DNA of 61,650 bases from Dehalococcoidia bacterium (GTDB taxonomy: Bacteria; Chloroflexota; Dehalococcoidia; GIF9; UBA5629), in assembly GCA_028716085.1 (NCBI GenBank), contig JAQUQM010000001.1, positions 1-61,650 on the forward strand, read 5' to 3'. Within the stretch, counting starts at the first letter, position 1, and each line of letters starts with the position of its first letter. The translations under genes were made by a program, and so were the position numbers. Below the pieces are notes generated by a model. The model saw only the letters and a list, made by a program, of their open reading frames with translations. It was not told the origin of the DNA and did no database searches. Of the stretch, positions 27,236 through 37,696 are shown in pieces.

Positions 27236-28144
27236 ATGCATTTCAGGGACAGATTAGCATTGAACACAGCAACCAAAACTCGATCCGGTTTGCTTGACTA
27301 TATTAACGTTCTTAAGCCGCGGGAAACAAGCTTACTTGTCTATATAGGTGTCTGCGCCTCAATTATTGCTGCAGGTTCAATAAAAGGCGGTTTTCCTATT
27401 TCAGACATTTTGCTTACTCTGATTGCCATCACTTTGGGCAGTGCGGGAGTAAACGGGTTGACAAACTACCTGGATAGAGACGTAGATGCCAGGATGAAAA
27501 GGACATGCGGCAGAGCCCTACCGTCCAGACTGATAGCGCCAGCTCAAAAAGTGATACCTCTAATAGCGGTATTGATAGTTGCGGGACTGGTCCTTGCGTG
27601 GATAATTTACCCTGTATGTTTTCTTATCGGATTAATAGGCATTATTGCATCGGGTGCCTGGAGGAAGACCATATCCTGCACCTATTTAGGTATAATTGCC
27701 GGAAGTGCCCCAGTTTTAATCGGCTGGTATGCTATTACCAAACAGCCCGTTATTGATATTCAAGCAATCCTATTTTTCTGCCTTATTGCTTTCTGGACTC
27801 CCTTGCACGTTTGGACTGTAATGCTGGCGAATCGCTCAGACTACGAATCAGCCGGATTGAGGTACTTTCCCCTGAGCTGGAAAGATAAGGCTGTTATCAA
27901 ACTGCTGTCGATTCTTTCTGCAGCGTTATTTATTGTGTCAATATTAATTTATGTTCTTACCGGGCTATTTGGCTGGATGTATTTAATAGTTGCCGGTCTA
28001 TTGGGGATATTAATGATATACGCCAATATTAAGTTAATGATTTCTCCTACCTCAAAGAATGCATGGCGTATGTATAAACTATCAGCATTTCCGTATCTTG
28101 GCATTATCTTTACAGTAATGGCTATAGATGTATGGCTCAAATAA
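27236..28144 (+). CDS. UbiA-family prenyltransferase, heme O synthase (CtaB/CyoE)-like
   Basis: About 8 TM segments. NGLTNYLDRDVDARMKRTCGRALPS closely matches the CyoE/CtaB Asp-rich motif Y[IL]DRD[IV]DA[KR]MxRT. Confidence 0.7.
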   Translation: MHFRDRLALNTATKTRSGLLDYINVLKPRETSLLVYIGVCASIIAAGSIKGGFPISDILLTLIAITLGSAGVNGLTNYLDRDVDARMKRTCGRALPSRLIAPAQKVIPLIAVLIVAGLVLAWIIYPVCFLIGLIGIIASGAWRKTISCTYLGIIAGSAPVLIGWYAITKQPVIDIQAILFFCLIAFWTPLHVWTVMLANRSDYESAGLRYFPLSWKDKAVIKLLSILSAALFIVSILIYVLTGLFGWMYLIVAGLLGILMIYANIKLMISPTSKNAWRMYKLSAFPYLGIIFTVMAIDVWLK

Positions 28145-29583
28145 ACGTACATAAGGCTCTTGACTGTGCCTTTAATCCATCGAGTATAGCTGTAGTTGGG
28201 GCATCCGAACAACCTTTCTCTTTCGGTTACCATTTCTTAAGGCATTTGCTGGATTACGGCTATAAAGGGACTATTTATCCAGTAAATCCGTCCAAGTCTT
28301 CAATCATGGGTTTAAAGGCTTATCCCAGTCTGCTCAGCGTGCCAACGGATGTCGATTTTGTCATATGCTGCGTTCCAAACAGCAGGGTGATTCCACTGCT
28401 TAAAGAATGCCCATTAAAAAAGGTGAAGATCGTGCACCTTTTTACTGCCAGGTTAAGTGAAACGGGCAGACCGCAGGCGGCCAAGTTGGAAAAGCAAATT
28501 CAAAATGCTGCTGATAATCTTGGTGTTACGCTGATAGGTCCCAACTGTATGGGAATCTACAGCCCGTCCGCAGGTATAGCCTTTGGGTATGATTTTCCCC
28601 GCCAGCCCGGTGACATCGGTGTGGTTTTCCAAAGCGGAGGTTCAGCAACTTTGCTGATACAAATGGGCAGCTTGCTGGGACTGCGTTTCAGTAAAGCCGT
28701 AAGCTATGGCAATGCCATGCAGATAGATGAGAGTGATATCCTTGATTACTTACGAAATGATCCCTCTACCAGCATAATTGCAGCCTATTTTGAAGGAGTA
28801 AAAAACGGCCAGAGATTCATCAATTCCTTAGCTGAAACGAGCAAAACAAAGCCTGTTGTAGTTATCAAGGGCGGCAAAAGTGATTCCGGAACCAGGTCAG
28901 TGACTTCTCACACAGCCGCAGTAGCTGGTTCGCAGAATATCTGGAAAAAAGTAATCCAGCAGACGGGAGCAATCGAGGTTAATGACCTCAATGAGATGAC
29001 CGACTTGTTGATGCTGTTTGAATATCTGCCGCCTGTGTTGGGAAAACGGGTAGGTATCATCGGCGGCGGCGGCGGAAAATGCGTTACGTCAGCCGACCTT
29101 GCTGAAGAGGCAGGCCTGATCGTGCCGCCCCTCTCGAAGGATATGCGGAACAAATTAAAAAGCGTAGTACCTGACCTGTGGGATTGGTTAGGCAATCCGA
29201 TGGACTTCTCAATTTGGGGCGATAGTGCACTCAAGGCAATGGAGGCACATCGGTTATTCGTAGAAAGCGGTGACTTTGACGTTGTAATAATCCAGGTTTC
29301 CGACGATAATCCGTTGACACCCGACATGTGGTCGAGCATTATTAAAATGGAAGCTGAGGATATCATAAACCTGGCAGCTAAAAAATCAACACCGGTGATT
29401 GCTGTATTGTGCGGGGCAAAACCGGGGTATGAAGACCTGCAAAATGAACGCTGGAAAACGCTGGCGCAGCAGAAGGCCAGGCTTATCCAGGCGAAAGTTC
29501 CGACTTTTGAAACAACTGCCGAAGCAGTAAAGGCCTTGAGTAGATTTATTTCATACTGGCAGAAACGTATGGCAGTGTCGTAG
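28132..29583 (+). CDS. CoA-binding / succinyl-CoA-synthetase-like protein (ADP-forming acyl-CoA synthetase alpha-type)
   Basis: SIAVVGASEQP...YPVNP CoA-binding N-terminus, GPNCMG, and SHTAAVAG (phosphohistidine loop-like). Overlaps the upstream gene by 13 nt. Confidence 0.7.
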   Translation: MAQINVHKALDCAFNPSSIAVVGASEQPFSFGYHFLRHLLDYGYKGTIYPVNPSKSSIMGLKAYPSLLSVPTDVDFVICCVPNSRVIPLLKECPLKKVKIVHLFTARLSETGRPQAAKLEKQIQNAADNLGVTLIGPNCMGIYSPSAGIAFGYDFPRQPGDIGVVFQSGGSATLLIQMGSLLGLRFSKAVSYGNAMQIDESDILDYLRNDPSTSIIAAYFEGVKNGQRFINSLAETSKTKPVVVIKGGKSDSGTRSVTSHTAAVAGSQNIWKKVIQQTGAIEVNDLNEMTDLLMLFEYLPPVLGKRVGIIGGGGGKCVTSADLAEEAGLIVPPLSKDMRNKLKSVVPDLWDWLGNPMDFSIWGDSALKAMEAHRLFVESGDFDVVIIQVSDDNPLTPDMWSSIIKMEAEDIINLAAKKSTPVIAVLCGAKPGYEDLQNERWKTLAQQKARLIQAKVPTFETTAEAVKALSRFISYWQKRMAVS

Positions 29584-29591
29584 ATATTGAG

Positions 29592-30785
29592 ATGAGGATC
29601 GCTGAGCCCTTTAAGGTAACTGATACTTGCTCCACAACGAAGGCAAGACTTGGCCAGTTAAAAACTCTGCACGGGAAAATCACCACACCGATCTTTTTCC
29701 CCGTCGGTAGTCAGGCAACGGTGAAAAGCCTCTCACCGCAGGAATTGAAGGAGATCGGCATTGAGGCAATACTGTGTAATACATACCATTTATACCTGAG
29801 GCCGGGTATTGAGGTCATTGAGAAAGCCGGTGGCCTTCACAATTTCATGGGGTGGGATAAACCCATTCTCACAGACAGCGGCGGATACCAGATCTTCAGC
29901 CTGTCATCTTTGCGGCAGATCGATAGTAATGGCGTGAGATTCCGCTCCCATATCGACGGCAGTGAGCATTACATAACACCTGAATATGCTGTTCAATTAC
30001 AGGAAAAAATGGGCGCGGATATTATTATGGCATTGGATGTATGCCCTTCCAGCACGGGGAAAAAGAGCGATTTGACAAGTGCAGTGGAAATAACTACAGA
30101 ATGGGCGGACAGGTGTATTCGTGCTCACACTGATTCGGGCCAGCACTTATTCGGAATTATTCAGGGCGGTGTCAACCAGGATCTGCGTAAAATGTCTGCG
30201 GAGGCCATTGTGTCTTTAAATTTCCCCGGGTACGCGATAGGTGGTCTTAGCCTGGGTGAGAAAAAGTCTGAAATGTGGGGGACTGTCGAACATACCGTTC
30301 CATTTTTACCGTCGGACAAGCCAAGATACTTAATGGGTGTGGGATCGCCGGAAGATATTATTGAAGGCATCAGCAAAGGTATAGACATTTTCGACAGTGC
30401 ACTGCCGACCAGAGTGGCAAGGAATGGTGCGCTTTATACCCACACCGGTAGAATTAATATTAAGAAATCAAAATATAAGGATGACATGCAGTCAATAGAA
30501 GAATCGTGCACATGTTTTACATGCCGAAATTTTTCCCTTGCGTACGTGCATCACCTTTTTAAAAGTGAAGAGCTGCTGGCATACCGGTTGGCCACAATTC
30601 ACAATGTGTTTTTCATAAATTCGCTAATATTCGAAATCCGTGAATCCATCAAAGCCGGTCAATTTGCTGATTTCAGACAAGAATTTTTTACCAATTATCA
30701 GATAACGGACGAGGACAGGAGAATTGAACAAAAATTCCGGAGCGTTGAAGCCAAGGGCAAAAAGGTGGATCAAGACTTTCAATAA
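29592..30785 (+). CDS. tgt: Queuine tRNA-ribosyltransferase
   Basis: LTDSGGYQ, GGLSLGE and MGVGSPEDI, plus the zinc site CTCFTC...H. Confidence 0.93.
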   Translation: MRIAEPFKVTDTCSTTKARLGQLKTLHGKITTPIFFPVGSQATVKSLSPQELKEIGIEAILCNTYHLYLRPGIEVIEKAGGLHNFMGWDKPILTDSGGYQIFSLSSLRQIDSNGVRFRSHIDGSEHYITPEYAVQLQEKMGADIIMALDVCPSSTGKKSDLTSAVEITTEWADRCIRAHTDSGQHLFGIIQGGVNQDLRKMSAEAIVSLNFPGYAIGGLSLGEKKSEMWGTVEHTVPFLPSDKPRYLMGVGSPEDIIEGISKGIDIFDSALPTRVARNGALYTHTGRINIKKSKYKDDMQSIEESCTCFTCRNFSLAYVHHLFKSEELLAYRLATIHNVFFINSLIFEIRESIKAGQFADFRQEFFTNYQITDEDRRIEQKFRSVEAKGKKVDQDFQ

Positions 30786-30832
30786 TATGGCTTTGGTGGT
30801 AACATAAAATTTCAAATTTCGGTATTACGTTT

Positions 30833-31645
30833 ATGAATGGGAAAGAAACAGTTTTAAGTATCAAGAACCTTTCACTCTGGTTCGGCGGTGTAAAGGCTCT
30901 AACCGACATAAATCTGGAGATCAAAAAAAACGAGGTGCTGGCTATCATCGGGCCCAACGGGGCGGGTAAAACCTGCCTGTTGAATTGCATCAATGGTTTC
31001 TATAAGCCTCAGAAAGGGCAGATTTTATTCAACGAAAGGAAGATCAATGGGATACGTTCCGATAAAATTGCCAGGATGGGGATCGCCAGGACTTTCCAGA
31101 ATATCGAGCTTTATTCGGGGCTAAGCACGCTGGATAACATCATGGCGGCCAGGCATGTCCTGATGAAGCAGAATATTTTAAGCACTTTCCTGTACTTCGG
31201 GCCCGCGCAAAAGGAAGAATTGGAACATCGAAAAACCGTGGAAGATATTATAGATTTTCTTGAGATCGAGCACATAAGAAAAAGCATCGTCGGATCCTTG
31301 CCTTACGGACTCAGAAAACGAGTGGAATTGGGACGTGCGCTGGCCTTGGAGCCGAAGGTTTTATTGTTGGATGAGCCCATGGCCGGGATGAACCTCGAAG
31401 AGAAAGAGGATATCGTCCGATTTATTTATGACATTTTCGAAGGCCAGGGTGAGTCTTATCCTGCTACACCCGTGTTACGAGATGGAGTCGAATCTATTGT
31501 GCTCATTGAGCATGATATGGGAGTAGTTATGGATTTGGCCGATAGAATTATTGTACTGGATTTCGGACGCAAAATAGCTGAAGGGATACCCGAGGAGATA
31601 TCAAAGAATCCTGAAGTAATTGCGGCATACCTGGGAGAAAAATAG
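30833..31645 (+). CDS. livG: Branched-chain-type ABC transporter ATP-binding protein (LivG-like)
   Basis: GPNGAGKT, the LivG-type insertion after the Q-loop, LPYGLRKRVELGRAL, LLLDEPMAGM. Confidence 0.85.
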   Translation: MNGKETVLSIKNLSLWFGGVKALTDINLEIKKNEVLAIIGPNGAGKTCLLNCINGFYKPQKGQILFNERKINGIRSDKIARMGIARTFQNIELYSGLSTLDNIMAARHVLMKQNILSTFLYFGPAQKEELEHRKTVEDIIDFLEIEHIRKSIVGSLPYGLRKRVELGRALALEPKVLLLDEPMAGMNLEEKEDIVRFIYDIFEGQGESYPATPVLRDGVESIVLIEHDMGVVMDLADRIIVLDFGRKIAEGIPEEISKNPEVIAAYLGEK

Positions 31646-31669
31646 GAAAGCGGTCACCCTATCATCCTG

Positions 31670-32461
31670 TTAAAGCCACCGTTTTCGCCGCTTATAGTGT
31701 TTGACGTCTTTGTAGCTCTTTTTCTCGCCGGAAGCCGAAATACCCATGTAAAATTCCTTCACATCCTCACGACCCTTCAGGTAGTCGGCTGAGCCGTCCA
31801 ACACCACCCGCCCGTTCTCCATCACATATCCGTAGTGTGCAGTGTTCAAAGCAACGCGCACATTTTGCTCAACCAGCAAAATGGCGGTTTTTCTATCCAT
31901 ATTGAATCGCTTAATGATGCCATATATCTGGTCAACTACCATGGGAGCCAGGCCGAGCGACGGTTCATCCAGCATCATCAGGCGGGGAGCAGCCATCATG
32001 GCCCTGCCGATAACCAGCATTTGTTGTTCTCCGCCTGACAGGTAACCGGCAATGTTGTGTTTTAGGCTCTCCAGACGGGGAAAATATGAATAGACCATGT
32101 GCAAGTCAGCCTTCACATCCTGAATATTGGAACGGCTGAAAGCCCCTACCAGAAGGTTTTCCTCAGCATTGAGGTGTTCGAAGACCCGCCTGCCCTCCAG
32201 CGCCTGTACTATACCCAGTTTACCAATGGCGACAGCACTTTTCTTATCTATACGGATTCCGTCCCATTCAATAGTGCCGTCATTAATCTCGCCCTCTTCA
32301 ATCCGTAGGAGGCCGGAAATCGCCTTAAGAGTAGTCGACTTTCCGGCCCCATTGGCTCCGAGAAGGGCAACAACAACGCCATCCTCGACTGTGATCGAAA
32401 TTCCGTGCAATACTTTTACCACATTGAGGTATGACACCTCAATGTTATTGAGTTTTAACAT
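31670..32461 (-). CDS. livF: Branched-chain-type ABC transporter ATP-binding protein (LivF-like) with a basic C-terminal tail
   Basis: GANGAGKST, LSGGEQQMLVIGRA, LMMLDEPSLGLAP. Tail KKSYKDVKHYKRRKRWL. Confidence 0.85.
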   Translation of the reverse strand: MLKLNNIEVSYLNVVKVLHGISITVEDGVVVALLGANGAGKSTTLKAISGLLRIEEGEINDGTIEWDGIRIDKKSAVAIGKLGIVQALEGRRVFEHLNAEENLLVGAFSRSNIQDVKADLHMVYSYFPRLESLKHNIAGYLSGGEQQMLVIGRAMMAAPRLMMLDEPSLGLAPMVVDQIYGIIKRFNMDRKTAILLVEQNVRVALNTAHYGYVMENGRVVLDGSADYLKGREDVKEFYMGISASGEKKSYKDVKHYKRRKRWL

Positions 32462-32478
32462 TTCACCTGGAATTAAAC

Positions 32479-33747
32479 TTATTTACCGAACCAATCTAAG
32501 GTCTCATATTGAATATTGGGTGCATCAACCCAGCCGGAGAGTGAAACCATCTGGCCATTCTGTATCTGGAATATCTTGACGGATTTCGAGCCGCGCTTAT
32601 CAAGAGTATCGGAGAAATCCACGGGACCCTGCAATCCGCCTACATCATAGCCTTTAACTTTCATAAAGCCGTTGGTCTCTGCCAGTTTCCAAGAGGTAGC
32701 ATCTCCTTTTAGAAGATCTTCGACATTAGAATTCTGTATGGCTTGTTTTAGAACTTCCGCATTGACAAGGCTGGATGCCCAGCCAACAAGATAATCATTG
32801 TTTCCCAAGTACTCGGGATGCTGCGCCTTGCAGTACTCCACCATTTTGGCCATGCCGGGGACGTCATCCCCAAAGTTTACTGTAGGATAAACGCCGAATA
32901 CATCCTGAGTAATATCTTTTCCCGCCGCATCTATCAGGGCTTTGGTAAAACTGGCATGTGCGCAGGCTACAGTCATTCCTGGAATCATCTTAAGATCATA
33001 CGCATTTTTCAGGATGATGGCCGTAGGAGCAGGAGTACTTGAGATAAATAGTATGTCAGGATTCTTGGCTTTGATTCTATTGAGCGCATCCGTTTCAGAG
33101 ATAGTTTTTGCAGTATGTTGTTCAGTATCGACTATCTCGATACCAAGCTGATCTGCCATAGCTCTGGCTGCATCCCTGACGCCGAAGCCTGTAGAATTGC
33201 TTAGCAGTTCCAGTGCCATCTTGGGTTTGCCCTGCCCCTTCCAGATATTCTTCAAGTAATACTTTGTGAAAGCAGTCCAATCATCGCCATAGTCCGGAAG
33301 CTGGGCATAGATGTGTGCCGGGGGATGGGTATTTGACGGGGAACTGAAGCAGACCATGCCGGGGAATCCGGCGTTATTGGCTATTACCTGTGACGAACTC
33401 ATATCTTTGGAAGCAACTACGGTAAAGAACAGGCATCCGTCCGTCATAAGTTGCTTGGCGATGTCAGTAGCTTTTTGTGAATCATAATTTGTGTCGTACC
33501 AGACCGGATCGATTTTATAGCCGGCAACTCCGCCCAACTCATCATTAATGTATTTAAATGCATCGAGTTGGCCATGGCCGATGGGGGCGCCTTTTTCGGC
33601 TGCAGGGCCTGTCAGGGGGATGCTTAAGCCGAGTTTAAAGGCTTTCTTTTCTGCCGGCGGTTGGGTTGTGCACGCCGACACCAGGGTAACCAGAGACGCA
33701 AGTAAAAGTATCAATGTGACTGCCAGGACTGTGCGGGACTTCTTCAT
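32479..33747 (-). CDS. ABC transporter substrate-binding lipoprotein (LivJ/type I PBP family)
   Basis: Signal peptide with lipobox LVSAC. 422 aa PBP-type layout. Lies between the permease and ATPase genes. Confidence 0.85.
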   Translation of the reverse strand: MKKSRTVLAVTLILLLASLVTLVSACTTQPPAEKKAFKLGLSIPLTGPAAEKGAPIGHGQLDAFKYINDELGGVAGYKIDPVWYDTNYDSQKATDIAKQLMTDGCLFFTVVASKDMSSSQVIANNAGFPGMVCFSSPSNTHPPAHIYAQLPDYGDDWTAFTKYYLKNIWKGQGKPKMALELLSNSTGFGVRDAARAMADQLGIEIVDTEQHTAKTISETDALNRIKAKNPDILFISSTPAPTAIILKNAYDLKMIPGMTVACAHASFTKALIDAAGKDITQDVFGVYPTVNFGDDVPGMAKMVEYCKAQHPEYLGNNDYLVGWASSLVNAEVLKQAIQNSNVEDLLKGDATSWKLAETNGFMKVKGYDVGGLQGPVDFSDTLDKRGSKSVKIFQIQNGQMVSLSGWVDAPNIQYETLDWFGK

Positions 33748-33815
33748 TTAAACCTCCTCACTTTTTTCGTAAAAGAAGATACATTATATCAAATTTACAA
33801 TTGTATATAAAATAG

Positions 33816-34871
33816 TTAATAAGAAAATGGCCACATCCTGTATGAAGATTTAAACAATGCCCATAAATGGGCCAAGCCTCTTGGCTCAAAAATCAAGATC
33901 AAAATAATGGCCAGACCGAATAACATTAAATTAAGGCCGGAAGAAAAGCCAGTAGGCATGAAGGTCATCGTATGCTCAAGCCATGGCGCTATGGTGTTAG
34001 TTAAGGACTTCTGCAATGTCTCTATGATTACCGTGCCAAGTATAGGTCCCAATGAACTTCCGAGGCCTCCAATGATGAGCATACCTATATAAAGTATCGA
34101 TTGCTGAAATGTAAAGTCTTCATAAGAAATATGACCTCTATACTGCGCATATAAGGATCCGGCTATGCCGGCTAAAAAACAGCCCAGAAAGAAGGCCAGA
34201 AGCTTGTACCTGAAGACATTGATTCCCATTACCTCTGCTGCCAGATCGTTATCCCTGATGGCAATAAAGGCGCGGCCGATGCGGCTACGGGCCAGATTGG
34301 TCGCAAATAGAACGCTGATTATGGTAAAGGTAAATATCAGATAAAATTGTTTGATCTCGCTGTCAAACTGCCAATTGAATATTGAGGCTGGTAGAACATC
34401 TAATCCGTTGGAGCCGTGGGTAATATCCGTCCAGTTCTGCAGAATCCAAATAATGATGAATTGGGCCGCAATCGTTGCGATGGCCAGATAAAATCCTTTC
34501 ACACGCAAGGAAGGGATACCGAATATTAGGCCGATTAGCCCGGCAGATAAGCCGGAAATAATAAGCGCCAGTAGAAAAGGTACATGCAGGTTGCCGGTCA
34601 GCAGGGCTGAAGTAAATGCGCCTATTGCCATAAACCCCGCATGACCTAATGATAGCTGGCCGCAATATCCCATCAGGATGTTCAAACCTACTACTGCAAT
34701 CAGCAGAATACCGATGGAATTAACCGTGTCGAACCAGGATCGAGGCAGGTAAAAGGGTAAAACAGATAGTGCCAGCATGAACAATATGAATAATACCCAT
34801 TGGGTTTTGGTCCTGATAATGGCTATATCGGTATGATATGAAAAATTACGTATACCGCATGGCAGACTCAT
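33816..34871 (-). CDS. livM: Branched-chain-type ABC permease (LivM-like)
   Basis: Multi-TM protein with GQLSLGHAGFMAIGAF and GGLGSSLGP motifs. Confidence 0.85.
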   Translation of the reverse strand: MSLPCGIRNFSYHTDIAIIRTKTQWVLFILFMLALSVLPFYLPRSWFDTVNSIGILLIAVVGLNILMGYCGQLSLGHAGFMAIGAFTSALLTGNLHVPFLLALIISGLSAGLIGLIFGIPSLRVKGFYLAIATIAAQFIIIWILQNWTDITHGSNGLDVLPASIFNWQFDSEIKQFYLIFTFTIISVLFATNLARSRIGRAFIAIRDNDLAAEVMGINVFRYKLLAFFLGCFLAGIAGSLYAQYRGHISYEDFTFQQSILYIGMLIIGGLGSSLGPILGTVIIETLQKSLTNTIAPWLEHTMTFMPTGFSSGLNLMLFGLAIILILIFEPRGLAHLWALFKSSYRMWPFSY

Positions 34872-34873
34872 AA

Positions 34874-35746
34874 TTAAATCCTCTCAATCCTCTCTTCACC
34901 AAATAATCCGAAGGGCTTTATCATGATTACAATAACGATGATTATAAACGGTATTAATTCTTTAACGCTTGAGCCGAATTGCGAGCCTCCGAAGGTTTCA
35001 CACAATCCGATAATGGGGCCGGCCACAATACAACCCAGAAACGACTCCATGCCACCCAGGATAACCACAGAAAATGACTTGAAGCCAGTCTCGACCAGTC
35101 CATAGTTGATGGCTGCGATACTGGATATCAGGACACCACCGATAGCTGCTACGACACAGGCAAAGATCCACGACATGGAAAATACACGATTTACAGGCAC
35201 GGCGCAGGCTTGGACAGCCAGCTGATCATCAGCTGTAGCCCTCATGGCAATGCCCATCCTGTGATATTTAAAAAAGACCGATAGCAAAATAAATAGAATT
35301 AACGAGATAACGGCGGCCCACAGCAGTTCCTGTTGAATCATGGCAGGACCGATTTGGAATGACGTCTGTGGGAACACTTTGGGCAGATTACCCTGTCCCT
35401 GCGGCCAGATAAACGCGGTTAAACCTTCCAGAAAATAGGCCAGTCCCAGTGTAATGGCGATAAGTGAAAGTATTGGCTGTCCTATAAGCGGTCGCAATGC
35501 CAGCCTCTCAATCAACCAGCCCAGCAGAATTGCAAAGGCGATGGTCAATAGCATTCCCAGCCAGAAAGGAAATTTGAATTGAACGAGCATGCTGTAAGCA
35601 AACCAGGAGGATATCAGTACTAGTTGTCCCAGCGCCAGGTTAGCAACACGGCTGGACTTCCAGATTAGAGCAAAGCCAAGAGCAATCAGTGCATATACCA
35701 TGCCAGTTGCAGTACCCGTGATGATATTTTGAATCAATATATCCAT
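34874..35746 (-). CDS. livH: Branched-chain-type ABC permease (LivH-like)
   Basis: Start moved to ATG 35746 (MDILIQNIITG), just after the upstream stop at 35757. NLALGQL and GGMESFLG motifs. Confidence 0.85.
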   Translation of the reverse strand: MDILIQNIITGTATGMVYALIALGFALIWKSSRVANLALGQLVLISSWFAYSMLVQFKFPFWLGMLLTIAFAILLGWLIERLALRPLIGQPILSLIAITLGLAYFLEGLTAFIWPQGQGNLPKVFPQTSFQIGPAMIQQELLWAAVISLILFILLSVFFKYHRMGIAMRATADDQLAVQACAVPVNRVFSMSWIFACVVAAIGGVLISSIAAINYGLVETGFKSFSVVILGGMESFLGCIVAGPIIGLCETFGGSQFGSSVKELIPFIIIVIVIMIKPFGLFGEERIERI

Positions 35747-35756
35747 ATTCTTGTAC

Positions 35757-37649
35757 TTATAGATCCCATATTTTAATGCCGGTGGATACCATTCCTTTGC
35801 GGCCGTCCCTATAGGTGACTGAAGCATCGACATTCATACTGTTTTGACCGTTATAGATTGCTTCGATCAGCGGCTTATACCTCATTTCCATAAATTCACG
35901 TCGGAGCTTCCGTGTTCTGGTCAATTCCGCTTCATCGGGATCGAATTCCTTGTGCATAAGCATATATCTCTTTACTCTGGACAATTCAGGCAAATAGCTG
36001 TTTACCCTGGATAGGTCCTTCTTTATCAAGTTAGCCACTTCCTCTTTTTGGGAGAGGTCCACAAATGTCGTATATGTGATACCCTTGCGCTCAGCCCACT
36101 TCCCTACCATGGCAAAATCGATATTGACCATGGCAGACACAAAGGCCTTATCCTTGCCGCCAATTACCATGGCATCCTTTATGTAAGGACTGAACCTCAA
36201 TCTGCCCTCAATATATTGCGGCGCATACCTGGCGCCGGTCACCAGAGTTACCATATGCTCAAGACGGTCAAGAAATATCAGGTGGCCGCTGTCATTGATG
36301 TTTACCGCGTCGCCGGTATGACACCAGCCTTTGATCTTTACTGCTTTTGTTTTCTCCGGCTCATTTAGATATTCTTTGAAGAGGCAATCACTCCGTACCA
36401 GCAATTCTCCGTCCAGAGCTATCCTTACTTCCACGCCAAGCGCCGGACGACCAACACTTTGAAAATCGATCTCTCCGTTAGTGTGTGACGATATAAAACC
36501 CGCTTCCGTGCTGGCATAAGTTTGCCTAAGCTCTATCCCGATTGCATGGATTAATCTGAAGGTATCGAGGCTCAAAACGGAACTGCCGGTGACTGCAAAT
36601 CTTACCTTGCTCAAACCGAGCCGGTCTTTTAGAGGCCGCAGCAGTAGGTAATAAGCTACGGAATGAAGGACATTCCAGAAAACGTTTGGCTTCTTATTTT
36701 GAAAGTTCAGGTCGGCAATCTTGTAGCCGACGGGCAGTAGCATGTGATAGAAAAATCTCTTCAGTGGGTGCGCATCGGTCATCTTGACCTGAATCTCGCT
36801 GACCAGGCTTTCCCATTGTCTGGGGCCGTAGATGGCAAAATCCGGCCCCACTTCTCGCGTGTCCTCGGCTATTGTTTCCGGTTCTTCAGCAAAATTGAGC
36901 CGAGCTCCGGTAAGGATATGAGGGATGGTGGCAAAGTAGCTGTCACCAACCCAGGCGGCCGGGAAATTGGAGACCAGGTTATCCTCTTTAAAGAGAGGAT
37001 AAACACTGGTGAAGCCGCGAGCTGTCTGTATCAAAGCTCGATGAGTGAGAATTGCGCCCTTTGGCAGCCCGGTTGTACCGGAAGTATAGTAAATAAAAGC
37101 GGTATCATCAGGCTGGCCCTGTGCGATGTTTTCCTCAAAACGTCCGGGATTGGCACTGTCGAATGCTTGGCCCTCTTCCATTACCTTCTCAAAGCTGATG
37201 AGCAAGGGATGATCGTAATTATTCAGTCCCTTGGCATCCCAGAAGACAACCTTCCTTAATGCCGGAAGCTCATCGCAGATTTCCAGGAATTTATCTGCCT
37301 GCTCCTGGTCATTTACTATTGCAAAACTTGCACCAGAATGACCGGCAATATATTTCAGCTCGGAGGGGATGGAATCGACAAAAGCGCCGGTTGCTATGCC
37401 CCCTGCAGCTTGCACTGCAAATTCTCCCCAAAACCACTCAGGCTCGTTGTCACCGATAATACAAACTACATCCCCCCGTTTCAAACCCAGGCTGATCAAG
37501 CCCAGCGAAAAATACTTAATCTTTTCATAATATTCTTTCCAGCTAAATTGATGCCAGATGCCCCTTTTCTTAACACAAATAGCGGTTTTAGTACTCCATT
37601 TAAGGTGATTTGCTTTTATCAATTGCGGAATTGTAAGGGCATCATTCAT
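35757..37649 (-). CDS. AMP-dependent acyl-CoA synthetase/ligase (long-chain FACS-like, 630 aa)
   Basis: YTSGTTGLPKGA AMP-binding motif, GWCHTGD, and a position directly upstream of Liv-type permeases. Confidence 0.85.
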   Translation of the reverse strand: MNDALTIPQLIKANHLKWSTKTAICVKKRGIWHQFSWKEYYEKIKYFSLGLISLGLKRGDVVCIIGDNEPEWFWGEFAVQAAGGIATGAFVDSIPSELKYIAGHSGASFAIVNDQEQADKFLEICDELPALRKVVFWDAKGLNNYDHPLLISFEKVMEEGQAFDSANPGRFEENIAQGQPDDTAFIYYTSGTTGLPKGAILTHRALIQTARGFTSVYPLFKEDNLVSNFPAAWVGDSYFATIPHILTGARLNFAEEPETIAEDTREVGPDFAIYGPRQWESLVSEIQVKMTDAHPLKRFFYHMLLPVGYKIADLNFQNKKPNVFWNVLHSVAYYLLLRPLKDRLGLSKVRFAVTGSSVLSLDTFRLIHAIGIELRQTYASTEAGFISSHTNGEIDFQSVGRPALGVEVRIALDGELLVRSDCLFKEYLNEPEKTKAVKIKGWCHTGDAVNINDSGHLIFLDRLEHMVTLVTGARYAPQYIEGRLRFSPYIKDAMVIGGKDKAFVSAMVNIDFAMVGKWAERKGITYTTFVDLSQKEEVANLIKKDLSRVNSYLPELSRVKRYMLMHKEFDPDEAELTRTRKLRREFMEMRYKPLIEAIYNGQNSMNVDASVTYRDGRKGMVSTGIKIWDL

Positions 37650-37696
37650 AATAATTCACATCGGGCGGGCGGTTTTTCAAATGTAAACCACCCTAA

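Noticed and set aside
35747-35833. Upstream extension of livH overlapping the acyl-CoA ligase gene
   Set aside because: The internal ATG 35746 (MDILIQN...) matches typical LivH N-termini and removes the 77-nt overlap.
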